Below, piece by piece: positions 49,101 to 61,885 of a DNA stretch of 64,000 nucleotides. A program made the position numbers and the translations under genes. Under the pieces are notes generated by a model. That model was not told where the DNA came from and did no database searches. It was given only the letters and a program-made list of their open reading frames with translations. The DNA comes from Utricularia gibba (taxonomy: Eukaryota > Plantae > Magnoliophyta), in assembly GCA_002189035.1 (NCBI GenBank), contig NEEC01000030.1, forward strand, positions 310,001 through 374,000, in the 5' to 3' direction. Position 1 is the stretch's first letter, and every line of letters begins with the position of its first letter.

Positions 49101-52100
49101 CTGACCTTAGGATCTTGATCTGTATGCCACTTTGTTTCTCAACCATGGATTTGAATGTCTTAAATATGTCAAAAGTCCGAGCCTTGGATTTTAAGAAATA
49201 TACCCAGCAGTATCTTGTGAAATCATCTATAAATGTAATAAGATATTTGCTGCCGCCTAGAGATGCTTGATTAAATGGGCCACACAAGTCAGAATGTATT
49301 AAATTCAGTTTCTCACATGATCTGTTGGTAGACACTAGATATGCCTTTTTCACTTGCTTCCCTTGTTGACATGTTGTGCACACATGATCAGCGAAGCATA
49401 TATCCCTGAGTTCCATGACTTCAGCATTTTTTTGCAGAATACGTAAATTCTTGAAGCCATAATGCCCGAGCCTCTTATGCCATAAATCACTTTCTTTACT
49501 TACCGTGAGATGGCATTTCTTCTGCTCATATGTATCAATTTTGAGTAGATTATTGGCAACAAACATTGCATTCACAAATATCTTTTTCTCAGGATTGATG
49601 ATGACACAGTTGGTGATTTTTCCATGCAAATTCCGTCCCAACTCAATATTGAAACCTTGTTTTATCAACTGACCGAAGCTTATGAGATTCTGGGATACTC
49701 TCGGAGCATAGTATACATTCGTTATTTCCAGGAAACCTTGTTCAACTAGTAAACAAATGTTTTCTATTCCAAGTATTTGAACTCCATCACGATTACAACT
49801 ATACATGTCCATGCAGTATTCCTTTTTCAATGATGTGAACAATGATAAATTTGAGCATAAGTGATTAGATGCTCCACAATCAAGATAGCAACCCTTGTCT
49901 TTAGTTTTGTTGGTTGTTAATGCGAAATTCAATTCAATTGCTTCTTCAAATGTAATTTCTTTTTCTCCTTCAAAGAAAGTGAAATTTGTAGTTTGATGTG
50001 AGCTTTTTGCAACTTCATTCTGTTCTATGGCACTTTTGCTCCTTTTCTTCATGAGACAAACTCTTTCCATATGTCCCAACTTTTTACAATCTGAACAAAT
50101 AACATCAGGTCTTACCCAACAGTATTTTGATTTATGATTTTGTTTCTTGCAATGCTTGCATGCATTAGAGCTTAGTGACTAGCAATCTTTAGATTTGTGA
50201 TTGATCTTCCCACAATGTCTACAATTTTCTTCTCTGTTTTGAGTGTCATAGTTCTTAGGTTTTCCTTTGTTCATTGAATCTAATGTTGGAGAAGCTTTCT
50301 TGCTGATAAGTGCAAACTCACCTTTCTTGGGTTCCCCTTCTAAACATATTCTAAAATTAAGCCTTTTTTCCACAGATCCTAGCTCCAAAATAAACTCGTG
50401 GAATGTTGGATCTGCAGTTTTCATATACCTAGGTAGAGTCATTTCTAGCTTCCCCTCAATAAGCTTCCTCATCTTTTCTATGTCTTCAAAAGCAATGATT
50501 TTGGCTTTGAATTTACTTGGTAGACTCATGAGTGCTCTATCAATTACTTTGCTATCATCAAGTTTTTTCTCCCAAAGCTCTGATTTCATTTACCATTCTA
50601 GAGCTTCTCTCATAATAATCATTCACAGATTCTCCTTCCAATATTTTTTTCTCTCAAACTCATCCAACTTGATTTTTAGAAGAAACTTTCTTGATTTCTC
50701 ATCACCTTCGTACATTTCACTGAGTGCATCCCATATTTCCTTGGCTGTTGAGTATAATGCAACTTTATCAAACATTGGTTCAGTCAATGCTTGATAAAGT
50801 GCATTCAAGGCTTCTACCTTTTTGTCAAAAAGCCTACTTGCTTGCTTGATTTGCTCAGGCGTTGAAGCATCCGTAACTCTTGGATCTAGAATATTACTCT
50901 CAACAACATCCCACCACTTCTTTACCTGAAAGTATGTCTTCATCTTCTTTACCCATTTGTGATAGTTGGTTCCATCAAAGATGGGAGGACCAAGATGGTT
51001 GCTTTGAGATATTTTGAGACCTTATCTTCTTCACAGGTTCAAGATGTTTGCTCTGATACCATGTTGGATTTGATGATTTGCAAAAAAAAAAGAGAAAGAG
51101 CAAGGACCCCTTAGAAGATCAACAAACTCCCTCCAAACATTCTACAGCAACGTCGTAGCTAAGAGAAGAAGATAACTCAAATACATACGCCACGTCCCAT
51201 ACCTATTACACTCATTACATTCATATTTAATGGTCATGTGAACTTCACACAACGAAATACAAATACTCATAATGATAGAGCAATTACTTCCTAATCTTCA
51301 AGTTTTGCTTTCATTGTCTTTCTTTCACTGATTTATCTTCAATTCTCCATTGCGATCTCCATCAGAATCCTTACCCATCCATTGCACATTTTTCTCCCAC
51401 CATGGCTGCCTATTGAAGCCATCACTCATTCCATAACTACGATAGACACGTGGGAGGATTGAGTTACTTCTGGCCCGCACCACTGTAGATTTGTTGCAAC
51501 AATCCCTCCCTTAGACCAGAAATGATTATTCTTTAACCCTGGAGTATCAACCCCACCTCTTGCATCAGCATGACTTGCATTGAAGAGGCTAGTACTTTTG
51601 TCAATAGATTAGCTAGTTTATGCTCTATTATCACTTTTCCCAGCTCAAATCTCTGCACTTTGAGCATATCTTGAATCCAATGGTATTGTATATCGATATG
51701 CGTTCGAGAGTGATAAGCAACATGTTTACACAATGCTATGGCACCTTGAGTATCACACAAAATCAGAACCTTCTCCTCTTGCGATTTTAAACCCACTTGC
51801 TGGAGAAATCTATCCAGGCACAATGCCTCCTAGCCAGCTTCAGTAAGAGCCATGTACTCAGCTTCAGTGGATGAGAGCGCATCACTTTTCCATAGTGTAG
51901 ATGTCCAAGATACTGTTGCTCCTACTAAAATGGTAATTAGGCCAATAGTAGACCTTCTCTTGTCAATGTCTCTAGCAAGATCGGAATCCATGTACACATA
52001 TGGTTCACAGTTCTTGAACCCAAAACATAACCAGAATTATGTTGTGCCTTTAAGGTACCGAAGCAGCCATTTTGCTGCATCCCAATGAACCTGACCATGA

Positions 52101-54130
52101 TTTGCCATAAATCGACTTAAGCAGCTCACAATATAGGCAATATTAGATCGTGTACTGGCCACCATGCACATAATTGAGCCAATCACATACGCAAAAGGAA
52201 ACTGGCTCATTTTGTACCCTTTCTCCCTCAATGTGAGGGCAGAATCCAACATATAACTTCACGGGTTTACTGTCCATCAATCCAAACTTCTTCACGATCT
52301 ATTGAATATACATACTCTGTTTGAGGCTCAACTTTCCAAGTTCCTGATTTCGCATTATATCAATGCCAAGAAATCCATTTAGCAGCACCCCGATCCTTCA
52401 TCTCAAACTCCTGGCTAAGTTGCTGCTTCAACTTATTAATCAACCCCAAAATGCGGCTAATCAACAACATGTTGTCAACATACGGTACGAGTATCACAAC
52501 TCCATCTACGAATCCCTGGAAATACACACAAGCATCAGATTCAAACTTGAAATAACACAATTTCATCATATAATTTTGATTCCACTACCTTGGAGCATGC
52601 TTTAATCCATATAAGCTCTTCTTAAGCTTGCAAACCAGATGCTTCTTGTTTTCCTTGACAAACCCGGGTATCTACTTTATAAATATCTTATCCTCAAGCT
52701 CTCCATGCAAAAATGTTGTCTTTTCATCCATCTGTTGCAATTCAAGGTACGACGTTGCAACAAAGACTAATAGGATATGTATGACAGCAACCTTGGTGAC
52801 AGGGGAGAAAATCTCCTTGTAGTCAACACGTACATGCTGTTTTGCCACACAGACGTTATTTCATCTTCCATTGCCTCAATCCACTTGATCTTATCAGGTA
52901 CACACATTCGTTCATCCACATTTTCTAGCTCACAAGTTTATGTAATCAGGATAAAATCTGTTGAAGCATATCTGGTCCAAGGCAACCAGATTTTTGGACG
53001 ACCGCCTCAATGTTGCACCTCTTTTGATGTACTACGTTGGTGTGTGATAGCATCGCTTGGCAACACCTTGACATGGGAACCCACTTCTAGTGCAAAATCT
53101 GATGAATTGGGCTATTCAATTTGTTGTTGCCCCAGAGACTCCAAAGTTAGTTGGATTTCTGTGTTTGCATTTACAGGTTTTACATTTGATCATTTTTTGT
53201 CTTCTAAAAACTTCACATCTTTATATCTGACAATTTTCCTTGCTGCTGAATCCCACAAACGATAGCCAAGCTCACTCTCCCCAGAACCAAGAAAAATACA
53301 CAGCTTGGAATGATCATCAAGCTTTTTCCTCTTATCACTAGGAACCAAAACAAATGCCTTGCATCCAAATACCCTTAAATATTGGAAGCTAACCAGTCTT
53401 CCAGTCCACAATTCTTCAAGCACATGGAAATTTAGAGTAGCCTTCGGACATTGGTTTGACAAATAACATGTTGTCTTTAAAGCTTCTCCCCAGAAGCGAT
53501 GTTGCAAATCAGCTCCTTTCAGCATACATCTCACATTGTCAAATTATGTGCAATTAATTCTTTCAACAACCTGATTGTGCTGTGGCATTTCAAGTTCAGT
53601 AGCAACTTTCTTTATCCCCACATCTAGGCAGCATCGCTTGAATTCCAAGCTGCTACACTCACCATCATTATTAGTGCATTGGCATTTTAGTTTGGTTTTT
53701 GTCTCCCTTTCAACCATAGCATAAAACTGTTTGAAGCATTCAAACACTTTCAATTTTTGAGTTACCAGATAAACCCAGGACTTGCGCATACCATCATCAA
53801 CGAATGTCAAATAGTGCTTCACTCCTCTTGCAATGGGTGCATTCAATGGACCGCCCACATCCGAGAAAACTTTAATCTAGCTTCTCTTTACACTCTTGCA
53901 TAGTGGATCTAAAAGTCACTCTATGTTGCTTGCCGTAGATGCAACTTTCACACACACTGCAGGCACTCCAAGATTTAAGGCTCCACTATGAACCAATTTC
54001 TGAATCCTTGTCTCATGCGACAACTCATAGGATGAATCATGCTCCAACGCTTCAATTGTATTTACCACCTCAGGTTTCAGCACTATTTTGTAGCACCGGC
54101 CCACTATAGCACCATTTGTCACCTTCATCT
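46172..54130 (-). mobile_element. Older Ty1/copia element (integrase, RT, RNase H, PPT, 3' LTR); its 3' LTR is split by a younger copia
   Basis: HYLTFVDD..RKSWVY, HFWGEALKT, LRVFGCKAFV, LVPYVDNMLL, HW.AAKWLLRYLKGT, CDTQGAIAL..HSRTHIDIQYHWI; PPT at 51502-51512; LTR halves 51370-51501 and ~46172-46360. Confidence 0.75.
46361..51364 (-). mobile_element. Full-length Ty1/copia LTR retrotransposon with decayed gag-pol
   Basis: LTRs 46361-46681 and 51062-51364; perfect TSD gaatc; tRNA-iMet PBS tggtatcagagc (51050-51061); PPT 46682-46690; CYLDCGASNH, LWHKRLGH, IHSDLCGP, YKARLVAKGY, LYVDDILL, AFSDADYA. Confidence 0.95.
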
Positions 54131-54670
54131 AACCCCTAATTAATTTTTAGGTCTTGACACCCAAACTATGGTGATATCCAGGAACATCTAGCTCACAAGC
54201 AGACAACAGATTCACATGTAGAGCTGGGAGATGGTGTATCTCAATCAGCACTACTTGGGCACCCAAATTTGTACCCTCAATATTGGGTTTCTCATAGATA
54301 TCGCATGTCAGAAAAGAAAAGCGGAATTTAAAATTTTTTTAGAAAACTCAAACGTAGATCTTTCAATACGGTATACATTACATAAGGTGATTTTGAGAAT
54401 ACCTTTCAATGCACTCCGTTATTCACCAACCGCCAATAGTAGATGGCCTCTACAGTATCCACATGTGAAGCACTCCATCAAACCTCCTCAAGGTAGAAGA
54501 ATGATGGTCGATCTACTTAGGTGCTAGTAGAGAAAGTTGCCCCTTGTAAATAAATCTCAGAGAGAATGAGGATTTGAAAAATCTCCGTGGATCGAATCTT
54601 TTGATAGATACTTGGTAATATATCAAATCAAATCTCCGTAAACATCTTCTGCTGTAGAGATATGTGTATG

Positions 54671-55821
54671 TGATGGTGATTCTGCAAGTGAACAGAAACT
54701 GTCGAAGTAATAAAATAAGATCTTATCTACAAGGAATTATTATTAGAATTTTCTTTTCAAACAAAGACTCAAAAAGACCGAAAACAAAAGAAAGATTTGG
54801 TTTTAAAAATAAGAAGAAAAGTGGCATTGAACTTGGGATCCATCTTACTCAAAACTCGCCCAAACTTGTGTGTGTAAACCTTGAAGACTGACCTGCTTGC
54901 GCAAATTCTGGGGGTATTATTCTAAAATAGTGCTACTCGGTGACCGTTATAGCACCATCCTTCGTTTAGTGGGATTATGGAATCAACCACGCCACCAGAG
55001 CCATTTCACCTCTTGTGATAACCCATGTTTTCCCCACACCCAAATCTAACCCCTACACTTCACACCTCGCAGACAGATTAGACAGAATGTGCCTTACCAT
55101 CGATGTCCGATTGAGCCTTTCTCCTTAGGTGCTTGAGTCCAACCTTTGATTCTCCCACACTCCCTTAGGGTTATATGGTACTAAAGAGCACGTTGATAAA
55201 GAAAATGTTGCGAAAAACAAAATCAAACCTCAATTTAAATGTCGAAAAACATAGTAAAACAGTCACACGCGCAGAACTTGCGCAAGCAAGGCTTCACCGC
55301 AGATCCTCAGCCGCAAGTGCCTACATGCGCAAACTCGACTCAAACATGAAAATAGACACGAAAATAGGAAAGATTCAAAGTAAAAGTGGTCAAAGACGTC
55401 TCTAATGGTTGAGAGAGTGAGGTATTTATAGGAGAGTAGATCCAAGTATTTGTATTGAGCTTATTCGATGGGCTTGGATAAGATCTTCTATCCAAATCTT
55501 TTATTCAAATCTTCAAAGATCTTCTTCATATCTCTATCGTATCCACGAATTGTGGACCAAATCTTCATTGTTTGATCGAGTCTTGGGTTGAGATTCGTGG
55601 TCCATCAAGTCCATAATTTGGTGGGTCTTGATTTCTCCTCAAATTGATCCAAAAGTACCCTAAAAATTCACAAAATACACTTTCTCTCTAAAAAGATCAA
55701 AATAGTGTGAAAGATGCAAAATCAATTGAGAATAATGAGAAAGTGGAGTTTAAGATAAGTAAAAACAACACTCAAGAGTAGTGGAAGAACATGTTTTGGA
55801 ACGTCACAAAATCACTTATCA
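54671..55821 (-). repeat. Athila-type LTR (same family as 29980-30460 and 32774-34835), reverse orientation
   Basis: Reverse complement aligns with 30060-30460 and 32900-33460; TG/CA ends; no matching TSD seen. Confidence 0.75.
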
Positions 55822-56218
55822 GATCTTTTATTTTGAATTAATCAATATTAATCTCAAAATAACTCTTTATTTAATTTATCCATTTTACCAATTACATTTC
55901 ATGTAATTGTGTCATTTTATTTTATATCGATGAGTGACTCTACTATTGTGTGTGACCCTATAGTCTTTTTCAATCAAGTCCGTAATAATGGATTTATTAA
56001 TTAACTTTTAATTAATGAAATCCATCATTATCGATCATGAGTGATGTCTAATCAACATCCACAAATAGGTTCAAGTAATCTCATTACATCAATTGTGAGA
56101 ACCATTGCCTAAATAATTTAGGAAAATCAATATGTGTCCGCTTATTCGTATTTGTGATATCCTCATTTTACAAATACTCTAACTAAGGAATTTTTAACTT
56201 GAACATAAATGATTAAAG

Positions 56219-56603
56219 AATCTCACATTATGATCTCATCATAATTTCTATAGCACATAGATCAAGTAAAAAATTTTATCAATGATATAAATTTTATCAC
56301 AATTTAAAGTAAATATTAATAGATAAGATTTGTCAATTAGTTAATTGTCTCTAGAACACATACACCAACATTCAAGTCGTCAATACCCATATTTTAGAAA
56401 CTGAATGGTTGCCCGTCCTCACCGTATTTGAATCACATTTCTTGTCATTCAACATCCCTATTTTGGAAGGTGATGCATGAAACGATGGTGCCGAATGAAC
56501 GAACCATGAATTACTCAATCATGTTTCCCCTACCTCCGCCACTAACAGCACCAATACGGATCTATGTGCTATAGAAATTATGATGAGATCATAATGTGAG
56601 ATT
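56219..56603. repeat. Perfect 45-bp inverted repeat with a 295-bp spacer
   Basis: 56219-56263 aatctcacattatgatctcatcataatttctatagcacatagatc is the exact reverse complement of 56559-56603. Confidence 0.95.
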
Positions 56604-59600
56604 TGGACAAGCATATGTTAGTGGCATTATGGGGTTTCAATATTCAGCTATAGTAAAAAATGGGATATCAACTTTTCTAAGTTCTTAAGCTTCGAAAATC
56701 AATTAGTATCATCTATAACTAATATTAAAATAGTAGAAACAAAAAATACCTAAAATAAAAAGGATTGAATATTAAATACATTTAATATGTCAAAACTTGG
56801 GAACTAAATATATTTGATACATCAAAATTTGAAACTAATTATGCAAATGAGGATTCAATATATCATTTTTCATAAATGCCGCAATTTTGCCAAATTTTTG
56901 AATAGTTGTTCTATGCTAGAAATTATTTCACATTCCATAGCAATTGAATTTCTCTGTTCTTCACTTCTTTCTTTTCTTCGAAGATTTCATTGAAGAGTGA
57001 TCCAAGCCTCTCTTGGAGGTTTCTAGTAATTGATAAATGAAAATTTTTGTAATATTTTAAAAAAATATGAAATCTTTAAATCAAATAAATTTTATAAATT
57101 CAATTTACATAAGATCACTTTCAGAAATGAAAGTGTATAGTGTAATCAGAATCAAACGTAAAAAGCTATTGCTTGTAATGTGCTTTTTAGATGCAGAATT
57201 ATCAAAGAATTTCACTTTAAGTCTTAGTATGAACTAAAAGTTGCATACAAATTCAGTAAACATAATTAAATGTAAATGTAAGAAATAACAAGTTCGGATT
57301 TGACATCAAATAAAACAATGATGCCTTCAAGTTGATTTAAGTGGTGTGGTGAATAAATTCAGAAATCCAAGCTACATCTTTACACATATACAACTCAAAT
57401 AATTTAAGTTTATTTGGGTTTTTTCCTAGATTTTTCGGTTACAATATTCTCTAGTATCCACACACCTATTCATGAAATAAATAAAACTAGGTCCCTCAAT
57501 TTATAAGTTTCTATCCAAGAATATTACCTATTTTACTCATCTCTATTCTTTACTCTACCTTCAAATGGATTTTTCCAAGCTATATTTTAAATTATTTTAC
57601 TCCTTCAATCTACTCGAGATATGGTAAAATAAATTAAAAAATGTGTAAAAATGTAGATCAGAATTAGAAACATGAATTCCATACCACATTTGCACACCTA
57701 AAGGCATCTCATATAACTTAGACATATTGAAAGTAAATGTATAATTTCACAAACTTAGTCTACTCTCATTTGAAAAACTATGTTGTGAAAAATATACTCT
57801 TTTTGTCTATTTCCGTTTTCCAAAACATCTATTATATCTGAATTATGTACTACTAATACCTTAAACCTAAAAACTAGTGGCAAAGATAATCCTTTATGCC
57901 ACCCCTTCATGTAAATGCCTCCTCGACTTGATGTACCTAATTCCAGCATGATTTGTATGCTAATCATGCCGTTGAGACTTAACTAAATGTTCATAAACAG
58001 AAGGTGGATTAAATCAATAGGTTTAGTCCCCTATACACCCAAACTGCGAAATAATATAAATAACATTAAAATATTAAAAAATCACACATAAAACACCTAA
58101 ATTATAAGAAAATCTAATTCAAAGATAATTGTTAAAGTACAAAAAAATATACCATTATCATTGCCTATGGTTAATTATTTTATACTCAGCCAGTTTTATC
58201 TTTGATTTCATTTTTCTCTCATTCATTTGCGTAATTAAATAAGGTGGGCTTGTGTGATTGGACTTTTTTTAGGTCCAGATTGTATGAGTTCAAATCCAGT
58301 ATTACTAATACTAATTCTCTTACCCTTTTTTTCTTTATTTTTCTTTTGCAAGGGATCAGGTGTTCCATCTTCCAGATCAGCTAGAAATTTGTCTCATATT
58401 CATCATCATCATCCATCATAAATCAACCTATTCGAACAATTTACCTTAAATTATGATAAGCCACCAAGTACTGAAAACTACATTGTTGGACATAGGCTTC
58501 ATTTTAATAATATTTTAAATCAAGAGCATTATGCTAACCCCAACATTAAATTTAAATAATATTTTAATCTTAGAATTTTAAGGCTTCGTTTTTGAAGTAG
58601 TCCTTTTCAAAATAAAGGATTGGATATATAAGCCTTTAATAATATTCTAGTATTTTAATGTTAGAATTTTAAAAATTTCATTTTTACATTTATTTGATTG
58701 TTTGGAAAAAGCGTATTCTATGATTTTTTAGGGCATTTTAGATCAATTTGAGGAGAATCAAGATCTCACTATATATGGGTTTGAGAACGTACTAATCTGA
58801 GATCAACAATATGTCAAATGATAAAGCTTTTGTCCAGAATTCATAAATGAGATAAAGATTTGAATATGATAATGGAAAATTTGTATAAAAGATCTTATTG
58901 GTCCCATCAAAAAAACTCAAAATAAGACTCAAATCTTTTTCTCTATAAATAGCTTAATTCCTTAACCATTAAAGATGTATTTGACTATTTTGCTATTTTT
59001 TTTGTATGTTTATATTTATTTTCATGTTAAAGTCACGCATACATGTATAGGCACTTACGCCTAAAGATTTTTGGTGAATCACTTGTGCAAGTCTCTATGT
59101 GAGACACTAATGTTTTATTTTATTCTAATTTTTTTATGGTTAGGTTTTAGTAAAATAGTGCACAAATTGTTTAATTATAAAGGGAAATAACTCAAAGAGT
59201 ATGGACTCCAATTTTATGTGAATTAAGTTTGCTTGGACCTAATTTTTCTTTAATCTGATGTAATATGGGCCTAATGTCCTTTTGAATCTATATGGGTCCA
59301 GTCCATTTGGGTTGAGCCGCATTATCTAATTAGTTTGCAAAGCTATTCTTAGAACATGTATAAAAGTAGAATTACAAAACTATATGAGAAGTCAAAGCAG
59401 TGTTTGAAAATTTTTAAAATATATTTCTACTTTTCAGAAATAAAAATATTTTTGCTCTAGAATACTTTTAATTGTAAAAGTAATTATATCAAAAAAAATT
59501 TTAAAATTACACTACAAAAGTTATTTTTTGAAAATTAAGTAGTTGGTCACTTTTACTTCTTATTTCTAATTTTCTAAAATAATTTTGAAAAGTAAAATAG

Positions 59601-60714
59601 GTTTAAAAATTTTTCCAAAACATTACTTAAATTAAGAAGAAAGAATATTTTCTAAGCAGGGGTTAGAAGAGAAGAAAAAGTGATTTTTTACAAGCAAAAA
59701 GCCAGATACTAACAACTATGACTTGTATGATGATGGGCAAACTAGAATGATCTGGTTGAAAGTAGAAAAAAAAAATTATCAGAATACAAAGGGGGCGATT
59801 CCCGAGGGAAGGTCCATAGACGAAAAGGGGAACTCTCATTGGAGAAGGAGAATTTTCGGTGACTTTTAGTAGAGAATAACGTAGATAGTGACGAACAGCA
59901 TTTTCAGATAGACAAGAAAGATGAAGATGAGTTCGAGCATGAAACTGGAACAAAGCTTCGGCATTTCGATGTTTTGTGGAGATGTAAGGAAAAGAAGTCT
60001 TGCAACCAGCTTATTCAAGAAGAGATGGAGAATCTACTATACATTTTATTTTATGCACCTTTATTTCTCTCACTTTTTACTTATGCATGCATGACATTAA
60101 CATTTCCTGCTTTTAACAACTAGTTGGATTTCTTGTTTTGTTCAAATGAAGGTGTTGCAACTTATGATTTCATTATTGTTCACTAGTATGACTCTAGAAT
60201 AGGATTCAAACCTCACAATGAACTTTTATTTGTTTTCGTGAAGTTAAACTCCTGTTTGAATGCAAAACCAACTAATTGCTATTTGAAATTCGATTGATGC
60301 ATTCTTTTTTTCTTTGCTTTTTAGTTTAGAAGCTAGTAGAAGAATTTTATTAATTTAATTAGAGTAAAAACCCACTTCTAGATAAAGCTCTTTGTTTAAT
60401 TCAGCTTACAAATAGAACCAACAACTAAAAACCATGTACTCAATGTGGATTGACTTGGACTTACTATTACTAAATTAATTTCTTTGTGAATTTTATGTGG
60501 TTTGTATGTTTTGAATACAAATTATTTTTTATGAGAAAACCTTTAGGCTCACAATACCTTCATAATTTTCATTCCATCTAAATGGCAGTGTTGCATGGCA
60601 GCAAGGTGTTTTTTAGTTGTTATTCATGCATTTACGTTCTTTTCTTGGTGATACTCTTATGCCACTTGATGTGGACATTTTGAGAACCACAAGGGAGCAA
60701 AACAAACATGGAAA

Positions 60715-61885
60715 TGATAAACGAAAAATTATGCAATGTCGTTAAATGCAAATTTTCCTATCAAATAAATTTATAACCTAATACACATTAAAACATAATA
60801 CAATTATGAGCATAGTGATTAGTGTCGAACACGAAGAGCAAGTGCTTGCTATGTGAAAGTTGATGCATGAAACTAGTGTCACGTTGGTAAAATTGGTCTT
60901 AGCTAGGATTAAGGTACAACTAAAACAAAATACAGTAAAGAAAAGTAATAAGTTCTAGAGTTCGATTGTTTCTGGAATGGAATGGGTGATGCCTTGGGAC
61001 TCCTAGGGGATGTATGCTCATCACTAAACAAACTCACAAAAAACACAAATCATACAACTAACTCACAAGATCTAGGTCTACCCGGATTCTTGTTTTTCCC
61101 CCTAATCTTTGGTCTACCTCTAATTAGGGTTGTTAAGTTGGGTTTCACTACTTCCCCATCCTGGATCTATCCTGGTTTGTTAAGGAAGTGGCGTGACTCA
61201 TGGCTGTTTAGATCTAAATGTTGATTAACATGTTTCTCCCCTTTTTACCCCAAGGCACCCCCCTAAGTACTTAGCCACTCATGCTTAAGGTAAAAGAAAG
61301 TGGAAAAGAAAACATCACCCACAGTGTGCTCATTTCACAATCAAATACCAGAAAGCAAACAAGCAAGTAATGTGAAGTGTCAACAAAAACTGAAAAACGT
61401 CATTAGCTACTCTTAGCTAGGAGTAATATTCTTCGAAAACAGAAAATAATCTTGAACTTCAGCTTCGTTCCTGTTTGTCTTCCTTCTTCCTCCTCCCCAG
61501 AAAACCTTCTCCCCTGAAAATGTGTTCGTGAGTCTTCAAGGGGAGATCTGCCTTCTCTCCCCACCTTTCTTCCTTTTGTCCAAAATCTTCCTTTTTCACC
61601 TCCTTGGACTTTGTGTGTACTCTTTTTCAGACTTCTGTCACCTTTTCTGCTACCACACTGTTCATACTCGGCTCCTGGGATTGGTGTTGCGACCTATGCT
61701 GCATTGCTCGAAGGGAACTGTTAGAAGGTTGGGACTAAATCACAGATTTAGTCCCAACTAAGACTAAAAGTGCACTCCTACGGTACTTATGTGCAAAAAT
61801 ATAAAAACAGGCAATTAAGCTTAATTTTTGTAGCACAAAATGAGTAAATTCCATGCATTGAGCCACTCAAAAATATGTGTTATCA
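60715..61885 (-). repeat. Athila-type LTR, same family as the solo LTR at 33463-34534
   Basis: Both termini match (tgataacacatatttttgag; reverse complement of ...ttatca), plus the shared tgggactaaat...tttagtcccaa hairpin; flanks ggaaa/catta do not form a TSD. Confidence 0.8.

Noticed and set aside
50267-53265. Plus-strand ORFs 50267-50794 and 52777-53265
   Set aside because: Antisense to copia gag-pol; composition explained by the opposite strand.
59398-59627. Tourist-like MITE
   Set aside because: Only weak, mismatched terminal symmetry (gcagtgtttgaaaa / ttttccaaaacattac) and no clean TAA/TTA TSD.
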